Positions 20,053-31,408 of a stretch of 64,000 nt of DNA are shown in pieces; the stretch's first letter is position 1, and each line of letters starts with the position of its first letter. A model generated the notes under the pieces. The model was not told the DNA's origin. It was given only the letters and a program-made list of their open reading frames with translations, and made no database searches. This stretch comes from a virus (lineage: Duplodnaviria > Caudoviricetes), in IMG/VR virus record IMGVR_UViG_2571042804_000002, positions 4,662 through 68,661 of that record. One strand, 5' to 3'. A program made the position numbers and the translations under genes.

Positions 20053-20439
20053 ATGATGAGATTAGCAAATGGCATTGTATTAGATAAAGACACGACTTTT
20101 GGAGAATTGAAATTCTCTGCTCTACGTCGTGAAGTGAGAATCCAAAATGAAGACGGGTCGGTTTCAGATGAAATCAAGGAACGTACCTATGACTTAAAAT
20201 CCAAAGGACAAGGACGCATGATTCAAGTAAGTATTCCTGCCAGCGTGCCTTTGAAAGAGTTTGATTATAACGCACGGGTGGAACTTATCAATCCCATTGC
20301 GGACACCGTTGCTACTGCCACCTATCAAGGAGCAGATGTTGACTGGTATATCAAGGCAGACGATATTGTGCTGACAAAGGATTCTAGTTCATTCAAAGCT
20401 CAACCACAAGCAAAGAAAGAACCGACACAAGACAAATAG
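20053..20439 (+). CDS. Tn916 Orf22 (YdcP/HelP-like)
   Basis: Paralogous to Orf23; synteny. Confidence 0.9.
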   Translation: MMRLANGIVLDKDTTFGELKFSALRREVRIQNEDGSVSDEIKERTYDLKSKGQGRMIQVSIPASVPLKEFDYNARVELINPIADTVATATYQGADVDWYIKADDIVLTKDSSSFKAQPQAKKEPTQDK

Positions 20440-20467
20440 TCGCTAGGTAGAAAGGAGACTTTTTCGC

Positions 20468-21853
20468 ATGAAACAGCGTGGTAAAAGGATTCGCCCATCT
20501 GGTAAAGATTTAGTCTTTCATTTTACGATAGCGTCACTCCTGCCTGTTTTCCTGCTGGTTGTCGGACTGTTTCATGTGAAGACAATCCAGCAGATCAACT
20601 GGCAGGATTTTAACCTATCACAAGCAGATAAGATTGACATTCCCTATTTAATTATCAGTTTCAGTGTCGCAATTCTTATCTGCTTGCTGGTAGCGTTTGT
20701 ATTCAAACGGGTTCGCTATGATACGGTTAAACAACTTTACCACCGTCAAAAACTGGCAAAGATGATACTTGAAAACAAGTGGTATGAATCTGAACAGGTC
20801 AAAACAGAGGGTTTCTTTAAAGATAGTGCTGGTCGTACAAAGGAAAAGATAACCTACTTCCCTAAAATGTATTATCGACTTAAAAATGGCTTGATACAGA
20901 TACGGGTGGAAATCACGCTGGGAAAATATCAAGACCAACTCTTACACTTGGAAAAGAAATTAGAGAGTGGCTTGTACTGTGAGCTGACGGATAAAGAGTT
21001 AAAGGATTCCTATGTGGAATATACTTTGCTCTATGACACCATAGCCAGTCGTATTTCTATTGATGAAGTAGAAGCTAAAGATGGTAAACTTCGCTTAATG
21101 AAAAACGTATGGTGGGAATATGATAAGCTCCCTCATATGTTGATTGCTGGTGGTACAGGTGGCGGTAAAACTTACTTTATACTGACACTGATTGAAGCCT
21201 TGCTTCATACAGATTCAAAACTGTATATTCTTGACCCGAAAAATGCTGATCTTGCGGACTTAGGTTCTGTGATGGCAAATGTCTACTATAGAAAAGAAGA
21301 CTTGCTTTCTTGCATTGAAACATTCTATGAAGAAATGATGAAACGTAGTGAGGAAATGAAGCAGATGAAGAACTATAAGACTGGCAAAAATTATGCTTAC
21401 TTAGGTCTCCCGGCACACTTCTTAATCTTTGATGAATACGTCGCTTTCATGGAAATGCTGGGAACAAAAGAAAACACCGCAGTTATGAATAAGCTGAAAC
21501 AGATTGTCATGTTAGGTCGTCAAGCTGGCTTCTTTCTAATACTGGCTTGTCAACGTCCAGACGCAAAATATTTAGGCGACGGAATCCGTGATCAGTTTAA
21601 TTTCAGAGTGGCTTTAGGTCGTATGTCTGAAATGGGCTATGGCATGATGTTTGGCAGTGACGTACAAAAGGATTTCTTCTTAAAGCGAATCAAAGGTCGT
21701 GGCTATGTTGATGTAGGAACAAGTGTCATATCAGAGTTTTATACTCCCCTTGTACCAAAAGGATATGATTTCTTGGAGGAAATTAAAAAGTTATCCAACA
21801 GCAGACAGTCCACGCAGGCGACGTGCGAAGCGGAAGTCGCAGGTGTGGACTGA
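20468..21853 (+). CDS. Tn916 Orf21 FtsK/SpoIIIE-type coupling protein
   Basis: Two TM helices, Walker A GGTGGGKT, LIFDE, GRQAG. Confidence 0.93.
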   Translation: MKQRGKRIRPSGKDLVFHFTIASLLPVFLLVVGLFHVKTIQQINWQDFNLSQADKIDIPYLIISFSVAILICLLVAFVFKRVRYDTVKQLYHRQKLAKMILENKWYESEQVKTEGFFKDSAGRTKEKITYFPKMYYRLKNGLIQIRVEITLGKYQDQLLHLEKKLESGLYCELTDKELKDSYVEYTLLYDTIASRISIDEVEAKDGKLRLMKNVWWEYDKLPHMLIAGGTGGGKTYFILTLIEALLHTDSKLYILDPKNADLADLGSVMANVYYRKEDLLSCIETFYEEMMKRSEEMKQMKNYKTGKNYAYLGLPAHFLIFDEYVAFMEMLGTKENTAVMNKLKQIVMLGRQAGFFLILACQRPDAKYLGDGIRDQFNFRVALGRMSEMGYGMMFGSDVQKDFFLKRIKGRGYVDVGTSVISEFYTPLVPKGYDFLEEIKKLSNSRQSTQATCEAEVAGVD

Positions 21854-21861
21854 TCTTGCTG

Positions 21862-21916
21862 GCTGGTGTGGCAATAGCCACGCCAGCACTTACCCCCCCG
21901 TATCTAACAGGGGGGT
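21862..21916 (+). promoter_or_regulatory. Tn916 oriT
   Basis: ACCCCCCCGTATCTAACAGGGGGGT inverted repeat plus upstream GC hairpin, between orf21 and relaxase. Confidence 0.85.
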
Positions 21917-22030
21917 ACAAATCGACAGGAAACAGTCAAAAAAACATTAGAAAATCCTTTGGTTACAAGGGATTTACAAAATTTCAGCGTATGTCAAATG
22001 GGCTTTAAAAGTTGACATACGCCTTTTTGA

Positions 22031-23236
22031 TTGGAGGGATTTTTACTGAATGAACAAACTTGGTTACAGCATTTAAAAGAAAAACGCTTGGCTTATGGAC
22101 TATCTCAAAACCGTTTAGCTGTTGCGACTGGTATTACAAGGCAGTATCTAAGCGATATTGAAACAGGAAAAGTCAAGCCATCAGAGGATTTACAGCAGTC
22201 CCTTTGGGAAGCTCTGGAACGCTTCAATCCCGACGCTCCCCTTGAAATGCTGTTTGATTATGTAAGAATTCGCTTTCCGACAACAGACGTACAGCAGGTG
22301 GTCGAAAACATCTTACAACTGAAACTGTCCTATTTTCTTCATGAGGACTATGGTTTCTATTCTTATTCAGAGCATTATGCTTTAGGCGACATATTCGTCC
22401 TTTGCTCCCATGAACTGGACAAAGGAGTTCTGGTGGAATTGAAAGGTCGTGGGTGCAGACAATTTGAAAGCTATCTTCTGGCACAACAAAGAAGCTGGTA
22501 TGAGTTCTTTATGGACGTTTTGGTGGCTGGCGGTGTGATGAAACGCCTTGACCTTGCCATTAACGATAAGACAGGGATTTTAAATATCCCTGTACTCACT
22601 GAAAAGTGCCAACAGGAAGAATGTATCTCCGTCTTCCGCAGTTTTAAAAGCTATCGCAGTGGCGAACTGGTACGCAAAGAGGAAAAGGAATGTATGGGAA
22701 ACACCCTCTATATCGGTTCATTACAAAGTGAAGTTTATTTCTGTATCTATGAAAAGGACTACGAGCAGTACAAGAAAAATGATATTCCCATTGAAGACGC
22801 AGAAGTAAAAAACCGTTTTGAGATTCGATTGAAAAATGAGCGTGCCTATTATGCAGTCCGTGATTTACTCGTCTATGACAATCCAGAGCATACCGCCTTT
22901 AAAATTATCAATCGGTATATCCGTTTTGTAGATAAAGACGATTCCAAACCTCGTTCTGATTGGAAACTGAATGAAGAATGGGCTTGGTTTATTGGGAACA
23001 ATCGTGAACGATTAAAACTAACCACAAAACCAGAGCCTTACTCCTTCCAAAGGACGCTGAACTGGCTATCTCATCAAGTTGCCCCGACCTTAAAGGTTGC
23101 GATTAAACTTGATGAAATCAACCAGACGCAGGTTGTAAAAGACATTCTCGACCATGCGAAACTGACAGACCGACACAAGCAGATTTTGAAGCAACAGTCA
23201 GTAAAAGAACAGGACGTGATAACAACAAAAAAATAA
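22031..23236 (+). CDS. Tn916 Orf20 relaxase (MOBT/Rep_trans, N-terminal HTH)
   Basis: HTH, RLDLAIND, TLYIGS, YEKDYE, RFEIRL motifs. Confidence 0.93.
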   Translation: MEGFLLNEQTWLQHLKEKRLAYGLSQNRLAVATGITRQYLSDIETGKVKPSEDLQQSLWEALERFNPDAPLEMLFDYVRIRFPTTDVQQVVENILQLKLSYFLHEDYGFYSYSEHYALGDIFVLCSHELDKGVLVELKGRGCRQFESYLLAQQRSWYEFFMDVLVAGGVMKRLDLAINDKTGILNIPVLTEKCQQEECISVFRSFKSYRSGELVRKEEKECMGNTLYIGSLQSEVYFCIYEKDYEQYKKNDIPIEDAEVKNRFEIRLKNERAYYAVRDLLVYDNPEHTAFKIINRYIRFVDKDDSKPRSDWKLNEEWAWFIGNNRERLKLTTKPEPYSFQRTLNWLSHQVAPTLKVAIKLDEINQTQVVKDILDHAKLTDRHKQILKQQSVKEQDVITTKK

Positions 23237-23278
23237 CTCAAATACAAATTCATTGAATATAGAGAGGAGAACATTTTT

Positions 23279-23500
23279 ATGAATTTTGGACAAAACCTTT
23301 ATAACTGGTTTCTATCAAACGCTCAATCACTGGTGCTTTTAGCAATCGTTGTGATTGGCTTGTATCTTGGCTTCAAGCGTGAGTTTAGCAAACTGATTGG
23401 CTTTTTAATTATTGCGATTATTGCGGTTGGCTTAGTCTTCAACGCTGCTGGAGTAAAAGACATTTTACTAGAGCTATTCAATCGCATTATTGGTGCTTAA
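23279..23500 (+). CDS. Tn916 Orf19 membrane protein
   Basis: Two TM helices; synteny. Confidence 0.88.
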   Translation: MNFGQNLYNWFLSNAQSLVLLAIVVIGLYLGFKREFSKLIGFLIIAIIAVGLVFNAAGVKDILLELFNRIIGA

Positions 23501-23616
23501 ATAAAACCGTTCTTTTGTGGAATATAAGTGGTTTTCTTATGTTCCGCAAAGGAATGGTACACCAAACGAAGTGCGGTAGGGATTTTTGAATCTCTACAAA
23601 GAAAGGACGTGAATAT
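23501..23616 (+). other. Probable Tn916 single-strand origin region (sso916)
   Basis: orf19-orf18 intergenic region; assigned from recalled literature position only. Confidence 0.45.
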
Positions 23617-24114
23617 ATGGACGATATGCAAGTCTATATTGCGAATTTAGGCAAATACAATGAGGGCGAATTGGTCGGTGCGTGGTTTACCTTTCCCATT
23701 GACTTTGAGGAAGTCAAAGAGAAAATCGGCTTGAATGATGAATATGAGGAATACGCCATTCATGACTACGAGTTACCCTTTACGGTTGACGAATACACTT
23801 CCATTGGCGAACTCAATCGACTATGGGAAATGGTATCGGAATTACCCGAAGAATTACAATCGGAGCTATCTGCTCTGCTCACTCATTTTTCAAGCATTGA
23901 AGAACTAAGCGAACATCAAGAGGATATTATCATTCATTCCGATTGTGATGATATGTATGACGTGGCACGCTACTACATTGAAGAAACGGGTGCTTTAGGC
24001 GAAGTACCAGCTAGTCTTCAAAACTATATTGATTATCAAGCCTATGGTCGGGATTTAGACCTTTCAGGAACGTTTATCTCAACCAATCATGGGATTTTTG
24101 AAATCGTCTATTAA
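23617..24114 (+). CDS. ardA: Tn916 Orf18 anti-restriction DNA mimic ArdA
   Basis: Highly acidic; YIANLGKYNEG, YIDYQAYGRDL motifs. Confidence 0.93.
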   Translation: MDDMQVYIANLGKYNEGELVGAWFTFPIDFEEVKEKIGLNDEYEEYAIHDYELPFTVDEYTSIGELNRLWEMVSELPEELQSELSALLTHFSSIEELSEHQEDIIIHSDCDDMYDVARYYIEETGALGEVPASLQNYIDYQAYGRDLDLSGTFISTNHGIFEIVY

Positions 24115-24202
24115 ATCTGTCGGTACATTACTACTGGCAGATTTTCTATTTTACGGGGTGGCTCAATCAGCTACCCCTATTTTTTATGAAAGGATTGATT
24201 AC

Positions 24203-24595
24203 ATGAAGAAAATACGAAGCTATACCAGTATCTGGTCTGTGGAAAAGGTACTGTATTCTATCAATGATTTTAGACTTCCGTTTCCCATAACCTTTACGCA
24301 AATGACATGGTTTGTCGTGTCACTCTTTGCAGTGATGATACTTGGCAACTTGCCCCCTCTTTCCATGATAGAGGGAGCATTTCTCAAATACTTTGGGATT
24401 CCTGTGGCTTTCACATGGTTTATGTCTACAAAAACTTTTGATGGTAAAAAGCCTTATGGATTTTTGAAGTCTGTCATTGCTTATGCACTGCGACCAAAGC
24501 TGACCTATGCAGGAAAAAAAGTAACGCTTGGCAGAAACCAGCCACAAGAAGCCATTACAGCAGTTAGGAGTGAATTTTATGGCATATCCAATTAA
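24203..24595 (+). CDS. Tn916 Orf17 (TcpE/VirB3-like)
   Basis: RBS supports MKKIRSY start (longer 24089 start also open); DGKKP motif. Confidence 0.85.
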   Translation: MKKIRSYTSIWSVEKVLYSINDFRLPFPITFTQMTWFVVSLFAVMILGNLPPLSMIEGAFLKYFGIPVAFTWFMSTKTFDGKKPYGFLKSVIAYALRPKLTYAGKKVTLGRNQPQEAITAVRSEFYGISN

Positions 24596-27026
24596 ATACA
24601 TTGAAAACAATCTCGTCTGGAATAAAGACGGGGAATGTTATGCTTACTATGAGCTTGTTCCTTACAATTACTCATTTCTAAGTCCAGAACAGAAAATACA
24701 AGTGCATGATTCTTTCAGACAGCTTATCGCACAAAATCGTGATGGCAAAATTCATGCTTTACAAATCAGTACAGAATCCAGCATACGTTCTGCACAAGAG
24801 CGTTCCAAAAATGAAGTCACTGGCAAGCTCAAAGCGGTTGCCTATGACAAAATCGACCAACAGACAGACGCTTTAATATCCATGATTGGCGAAAATCAAG
24901 TGAACTACCGTTTCTTTATCGGCTTTAAGTTGCTTCTCAACGATCAGGAGTTTTCTATGAAAAGTCTTACCGTTGAAGCAAAAAATGCTTTGTCTGATTT
25001 TGTCTATGATGTGAACCATAAGCTGATGGGCGATTTTGTTAGTATGAGTAATGATGAAATCCTGCGTTTTCAGAAGATGGAAAAGCTCTTAGAAAATAAA
25101 ATCTCTCGTCGTTTCAAAATCCGCAGGTTAGATAAGGACGACTTCGGCTATCTGATTGAACACCTTTACGGACAGACAGGCACTGCCTATGAAGAGTATG
25201 AGTACCATCTATCAAAGAAAAAGCTGGATAATGAAACGCTGATTAAATACTATGACTTGATTAAGCCTACTCGCTGTTTGGTGGAAGAAAAACAGCGATA
25301 TTTGAAAATCCAGCAGGAAGATGAAACCGTCTATGTAGCTTACTTTACCATTAACAGCATTGTCGGAGAACTGGACTTCCCGTCCTCTGAAATCTTCTAC
25401 TACCAGCAACAGCAATTTACATTCCCGATTGATACGTCAATGAATGTGGAAATTGTAGCGAATCGTAAAGCCCTATCTACTGTCCGCAATAAAAAGAAAG
25501 AACTGAAAGACTTGGATAACCACGCTTGGCAAAGTGATAATGAAACCAGCTCCAATGTGGCGGAAGCTCTGGAAAGTGTGAATGAGCTGGAAACCAATTT
25601 AGACCAAAGCAAGGAATCTATGTACAAGCTGTCTTATGTGGTAAGGGTATCAGCAAATGATCTTGACGAACTCAAACGTCGTTGTAATGAAGTGAAAGAT
25701 TTTTATGACGATTTAAGCGTAAAACTGGTACGACCATTTGGGGATATGCTCGGCTTACATGAAGAATTTTTACCTGCCAGCAAGCGTTATATGAATGATT
25801 ATATTCAATACGTGACCTCTGATTTCCTCGCTGGTTTAGGTTTTGGTGCTACTCAAATGCTGGGGGAAAATGAGGGGATTTATGTTGGCTACAGCTTAGA
25901 TACTGGACGCAATGTCTATCTGAAACCTGCTCTTGCCAGTCAAGGGGTTAAGGGTTCAGTAACCAATGCGTTAGCGTCGGCTTTTGTTGGTTCGCTGGGT
26001 GGTGGTAAATCCTTTGCGAATAACCTTATCGTCTATTATGCGGTGCTTTATGGGGCACAAGCAGTGATTGTAGACCCAAAAGCAGAACGTGGCAGATGGA
26101 AAGAAACCTTGCCAGAGATTTCCCATGAAATCAATATCGTCACTCTGACTTCTGATGAGAAAAACAAAGGCTTACTTGACCCTTATGTGATTATGAAAAA
26201 TCCCAAAGATTCTGAATCACTGGCTATTGATATTCTGACATTCCTTACGGGGATTTCCTCTCGTGATGGGGAACGCTTCCCAATCCTTAGAAAAGCCATT
26301 CGTGCAGTAACCAATAGTGAAGTACGAGGGTTGATGAAAGTGATTGAGGAATTACGGGTTGAGAATACGCCACTAAGTACCAGTATAGCCGACCATATCG
26401 AAAGTTTTACAGACTATGACTTTGCACATTTATTATTCAGTAATGGTTATGTGGAGCAGTCTATCAGCTTAGAAAAACAACTGAACATTATACAGGTTGC
26501 GGACTTGGTACTTCCCGACAAGGAAACTTCCTTTGAGGAATATACCACTATGGAGCTTTTATCCGTTGCTATGCTGATTGTCATTAGTACCTTTGCTTTA
26601 GACTTTATCCATACAGACCGAAGCATTTTCAAGATTGTAGATTTAGACGAAGCATGGAGCTTTTTACAGGTAGCACAAGGAAAAACACTATCTATGAAGC
26701 TGGTTCGGGCTGGTCGTGCTATGAACGCTGGGGTATATTTCGTGACCCAAAATACAGACGACCTCTTAGATGAAAAACTGAAAAATAACCTCGGCTTAAA
26801 ATTTGCATTTCGTTCCACTGACCTTAACGAGATTAAAAAGACCTTAGCCTTTTTTGGTGTAGACCCAGAGGACGAAAACAATCAGAAGCGATTGCGTGAT
26901 TTGGAAAACGGGCAATGCCTTATCAGTGATTTATATGGTCGTGTCGGTGTGATACAGTTCCACCCTGTATTTGAAGAACTGCTCCATGCCTTTGATACCA
27001 GACCACCTGTGCGAAAAGAGGTGTAA
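24579..27026 (+). CDS. Tn916 Orf16 VirB4-like ATPase
   Basis: GSLGGGKS, DPKAE, LDEAW motifs. Confidence 0.93.
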   Translation: MAYPIKYIENNLVWNKDGECYAYYELVPYNYSFLSPEQKIQVHDSFRQLIAQNRDGKIHALQISTESSIRSAQERSKNEVTGKLKAVAYDKIDQQTDALISMIGENQVNYRFFIGFKLLLNDQEFSMKSLTVEAKNALSDFVYDVNHKLMGDFVSMSNDEILRFQKMEKLLENKISRRFKIRRLDKDDFGYLIEHLYGQTGTAYEEYEYHLSKKKLDNETLIKYYDLIKPTRCLVEEKQRYLKIQQEDETVYVAYFTINSIVGELDFPSSEIFYYQQQQFTFPIDTSMNVEIVANRKALSTVRNKKKELKDLDNHAWQSDNETSSNVAEALESVNELETNLDQSKESMYKLSYVVRVSANDLDELKRRCNEVKDFYDDLSVKLVRPFGDMLGLHEEFLPASKRYMNDYIQYVTSDFLAGLGFGATQMLGENEGIYVGYSLDTGRNVYLKPALASQGVKGSVTNALASAFVGSLGGGKSFANNLIVYYAVLYGAQAVIVDPKAERGRWKETLPEISHEINIVTLTSDEKNKGLLDPYVIMKNPKDSESLAIDILTFLTGISSRDGERFPILRKAIRAVTNSEVRGLMKVIEELRVENTPLSTSIADHIESFTDYDFAHLLFSNGYVEQSISLEKQLNIIQVADLVLPDKETSFEEYTTMELLSVAMLIVISTFALDFIHTDRSIFKIVDLDEAWSFLQVAQGKTLSMKLVRAGRAMNAGVYFVTQNTDDLLDEKLKNNLGLKFAFRSTDLNEIKKTLAFFGVDPEDENNQKRLRDLENGQCLISDLYGRVGVIQFHPVFEELLHAFDTRPPVRKEV

Positions 27027-27028
27027 AT

Positions 27029-29207
27029 GTGAAACCATCAATAGTAAACAGAATAAAATCAAACTGGACGCTGAAACGTCTAGGTAAAGTGGCAATGACA
27101 GTGGCTTTCACACTTGTGATTGCCATTTTTCTTTTAGCCATGCTGGGAACGGTGGTTCAAGCTGCGGGCTTGGTAGATGATACGGTCAATGTGGCAAATG
27201 AATACAGCCGATACCCACTTGAAAACTATCAACTGGATTTTTATGTGGATAATAGCTGGGGCTGGCTTCCGTGGAACTGGTCGGACGGGATTGGAAAACA
27301 GGTCATGTATGGACTATATGCCATTACCAATTTTATTTGGACAATCAGTTTGTATGTTTCCAATGCGACAGGTTACTTAGTACAGGAAGCCTATTCCTTA
27401 GACTTCATTTCCGCTACAGCAGATTCCATTGGTAAGAATATGCAGACCTTAGCTGGTGTGAGTGCAAACGGATTTTCAACAGAGGGTTTCTATGTTGGAT
27501 TCCTCTTACTCTTGATTTTGGTTCTTGGGGTTTATGTTGCCTATACGGGACTGATAAAGAGAGAAACCACAAAGGCAATTCATGCCATTATGAATTTTGT
27601 GCTGGTGTTTATCCTATCGGCTTCCTTTATTGCCTACGCTCCCGACTACATTAAAAAAAATCAATGACTTTTCATCAGACATCAGTAATGCCAGTTTATC
27701 ACTTGGCACGAAGATTGTCATGCCCCATTCCGATAGTCAAGGCAAGGACAGCGTGGACTTAATCAGAGATAGCCTGTTTTCCATACAGGTTCAGCAACCG
27801 TGGCTACTGCTTCAATACAACAGTTCAGACATTGAAAGTATCGGTATTGACCGTGTGGAAAGCCTGCTCTCCACCAGCCCAGATTCCAACAATGGCGAAG
27901 ACAGAGAAAAAATTGTTGCGGAAGAAATTGAAGACAGAAGCAATACCAATCTAACCATTACAAAGACCATTAACCGTTTAGGTACAGTCTTCTTCCTATT
28001 TGTCTTCAATATTGGGATTTCCATATTTGTATTCCTATTAACAGGAATCATGATTTTCTCGCAGGTACTTTTTATCATCTATGCTATGTTTCTGCCTGTG
28101 AGCTTTATTTTAAGCATGATTCCATCATTTGATGGTATGTCAAAACGAGCCATAACAAAGCTCTTTAATACCATTTTGACACGAGCTGGAATCACATTGA
28201 TTATTACGACAGCATTTAGTATTTCAACCATGCTCTATACCTTATCGGCTGGTTATCCGTTCTTTTTGATTGCTTTTCTACAGATTGTGACCTTTGCAGG
28301 AATCTACTTCAAGCTGGGCGATTTAATGAGTATGTTTTCTCTACAGAGTAACGATTCTCAAAGTGTGGGAAGTCGTGTGATGAGAAAACCTCGTATGCTT
28401 ATGCACGCTCACATGCACCGTCTACAGCGGAAACTTGGACGTTCCATGACTACTCTAGGGGCTGGGTCTGCCATTGTTACAGGTAAAAAAGGACAGTCGG
28501 GTTCGGGGAGTTCTGCAAGGACACAAGCAGATCACTCCCGACCAGACGGAAAGGAAAAATCAACACTTGGAAAACGTATCGGTCAAACCATCGGTACAGT
28601 AGCTGATACCAAAGACAGAATGGTAGACACTGCTAGTGGTTTGAAAGAACAGGTTAAAGATTTGCCGACCAATGCAAGATATGCAGTATATCAAGGAAAA
28701 TCCAAAGTAAAAGAGAATGTCCGTGATTTAACCAGTAGTATTTCTCAAACCAAAGCGGACAGAGCCAGTGGACGCAAGGAACAGCAGGAACAAAGGCGAA
28801 AAACCATTGCGAAGCGTCGCTCTGAAATGGAACAGGTCAAACAGAAAAAACAGCCTGCTTCTTCTGTTCATGAAAGACCGACTACAAGACAAGAACAATA
28901 TCATGATGAACAGACCTCAAAACAGTCTAATATTCAGACTTCATATAAGGAATCTCAACAAGCCAAACAAGAGCGTCCAGCAGTTAAGTCCGATTTTTCA
29001 AGTCCAAAAGTGGAACGCCAAGGCAATACCGTTCAAGAAAAAACCGTTCAAAAGCCAGCAACTTCAACCACTACAGCAGATAGAACTTCACAACGTCCAA
29101 TCACAAAAGAACGTCCGTCTACTGTTCAAAGAGTACCACTACAAAATACAAGAAGTAGACCACCAATCAAAACCGCCACCATTAAGAAAGTCGGTAAGAA
29201 ACCATGA
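27029..29207 (+). pseudogene. Tn916 Orf15 (VirB6-like membrane channel), frameshifted
   Basis: Split into 27029..27667 and a downstream frame; A8 at 27653..27660, where A7 restores YIKKINDF and a 725-aa ORF. Confidence 0.85.
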
Positions 29208-30205
29208 AGTTGAAAACTTTAGTGATTGGTGGTTCTGGATTATTCTTGATGGTCTTCTCACTGCTTCTGTTTGTTGCCATTTTATTTTCAGATGAACAGG
29301 ACAGCGGAATTTCCAATATTCATTATGGAGGTGTGAATGTTTCCGCAGAAGTGCTGGCTCATAAGCCTATGGTAGAAAAATATGCCAAAGAATATGGCGT
29401 TGAAGAATATGTCAACATACTTCTTGCGATTATACAGGTGGAATCGGGCGGTACTGCGGAAGATGTTATGCAGTCCTCGGAATCCCTCGGTCTTCCACCT
29501 AATTCATTGAGTACAGAAGAATCCATTAAGCAAGGTGTGAAGTATTTCAGTGAATTATTAGCCAGTAGCGAAAGGCTCAGTGTAGATTTAGAATCGGTTA
29601 TCCAGTCCTACAATTATGGTGGTGGTTTCTTAGGGTATGTGGCTAATCGTGGAAATAAATATACCTTTGAACTGGCTCAAAGTTTCTCAAAAGAGTATTC
29701 AGGTGGCGAAAAAGTGTCTTACCCCAATCCCATAGCCATACCTATCAATGGGGGCTGGCGATACAACTATGGCAATATGTTTTATGTGCAACTGGTAACG
29801 CAGTATCTTGTCACAACAGAGTTTGATGATGATACGGTACAAGCCATCATGGACGAAGCACTGAAATATGAGGGCTGGCGATACGTTTACGGTGGAGCTT
29901 CCCCGACTACTTCTTTTGATTGTAGCGGACTGACACAATGGACGTATGGAAAAGCTGGAATTAACTTACCACGAACCGCACAACAGCAATATGATGTGAC
30001 CCAGCATATCCCACTATCGGAAGCACAAGCTGGCGATTTGGTTTTCTTTCATTCTACCTATAACGCTGGCTCTTATATTACTCATGTTGGGATATACCTT
30101 GGCAATAACCGTATGTTTCATGCAGGCGACCCAATCGGTTATGCCGACTTAACAAGCCCCTACTGGCAACAGCATTTAGTGGGAGCAGGACGAATCAAAC
30201 AATGA
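29204..30205 (+). CDS. Tn916 Orf14 cell-wall hydrolase (lysozyme-like + NlpC/P60)
   Basis: QVESGG...DVMQSSES; FDCSG...HVGIY. Confidence 0.93.
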   Translation: MKLKTLVIGGSGLFLMVFSLLLFVAILFSDEQDSGISNIHYGGVNVSAEVLAHKPMVEKYAKEYGVEEYVNILLAIIQVESGGTAEDVMQSSESLGLPPNSLSTEESIKQGVKYFSELLASSERLSVDLESVIQSYNYGGGFLGYVANRGNKYTFELAQSFSKEYSGGEKVSYPNPIAIPINGGWRYNYGNMFYVQLVTQYLVTTEFDDDTVQAIMDEALKYEGWRYVYGGASPTTSFDCSGLTQWTYGKAGINLPRTAQQQYDVTQHIPLSEAQAGDLVFFHSTYNAGSYITHVGIYLGNNRMFHAGDPIGYADLTSPYWQQHLVGAGRIKQ

Positions 30206-31134
30206 GAAAGGAAGATTTAATGATGAAATTTAGAAAAAATCAGAATAAAGAAAAACAGATACCAAAGGAAAAGAAACCTCGTGTCTATAAGGTCAATCCT
30301 CATAAAAAGGTTGTGATTGCCTTGTGGGTACTTTTAGGGCTTAGTTTCAGCTTTGCGATATTCAAGCACTTTACAGCTATAGATACTCATACTATTCACG
30401 AAACAACTATCATAGAAAAGGAATACGTTGATACTCATCATGTAGAAAATTTTGTAGAGAACTTTGCGAAAGTCTACTATTCATGGGAGCAATCCGATAA
30501 GTCCATTGATAATCGAATGGAAAGTCTAAAAGGCTATCTGACAGATGAACTTCAAGCTCTCAATGTTGATACAGTACGCAAAGATATTCCTGTATCGTCT
30601 TCTGTAAGAGGATTTCAGATATGGACGGTAGAGCCAACTGGCGACAATGAGTTTAATGTAACCTACAGTGTAGACCAGCTCATTACAGAGGGAGAAAATA
30701 CAAAGACCGTCCACTCTGCTTATATTGTGAGTGTCTATGTAGATGGTTCTGGAAATATGGTACTGGTTAAGAATCCGACCATTACCAACATACCTAAGAA
30801 ATCAAGTTATAAACCAAAAGCCATTGAAAGTGAGGGGACGGTTGATTCCATTACAACCAATGAAATCAATGAGTTTTTAACGACGTTCTTCAAGCTCTAT
30901 CCTACAGCGACAGCCAGTGAACTTTCCTACTATGTGAATGACGGGATATTAAAACCAATCGGAAAAGAGTACATCTTTCAAGAACTGGTAAATCCTATTC
31001 ACAATCGTAAGGATAATCAAGTCACGGTATCGCTGACAGTGGAGTATATCGACCAGCAGACCAAAGCAACGCAGGTATCTCAATTTGATTTGGTACTTGA
31101 AAAGAACGGGAGTAATTGGAAGATTATAGAATAA
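30202..31134 (+). CDS. Tn916 Orf13 (TcpC/VirB8-like)
   Basis: Single TM plus extracellular domain; synteny. Confidence 0.9.
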   Translation: MRKEDLMMKFRKNQNKEKQIPKEKKPRVYKVNPHKKVVIALWVLLGLSFSFAIFKHFTAIDTHTIHETTIIEKEYVDTHHVENFVENFAKVYYSWEQSDKSIDNRMESLKGYLTDELQALNVDTVRKDIPVSSSVRGFQIWTVEPTGDNEFNVTYSVDQLITEGENTKTVHSAYIVSVYVDGSGNMVLVKNPTITNIPKKSSYKPKAIESEGTVDSITTNEINEFLTTFFKLYPTATASELSYYVNDGILKPIGKEYIFQELVNPIHNRKDNQVTVSLTVEYIDQQTKATQVSQFDLVLEKNGSNWKIIE

Positions 31135-31203
31135 CAAATATTGGTACATTATTACAGCTATTTTGTAATCACGTACTCTCTTTGATAAAAAATTGGAGAT
31201 TCC

Positions 31204-31232
31204 TTTACAAATATGCTCTTACGTGCTATTAT
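31204..31232 (+). promoter_or_regulatory. tet(M) promoter
   Basis: TTTACA-17 nt-TATTAT. Confidence 0.7.
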
Positions 31233-31408
31233 TTAAGTATCTATTTAAAAGGAGTTAATAAATATGCGGCAAGGTATTCTTAAATAAACTGTCAATTTGA
31301 TAGTGGGAACAAATAATTGGATGTCCTTTTTTAGGAGGGCTTAGTTTTTTGTACCCAGTTTAAGAATACCTTTATCATGTGATTCTAAAGTATCCGGAGA
31401 ATATCTGT

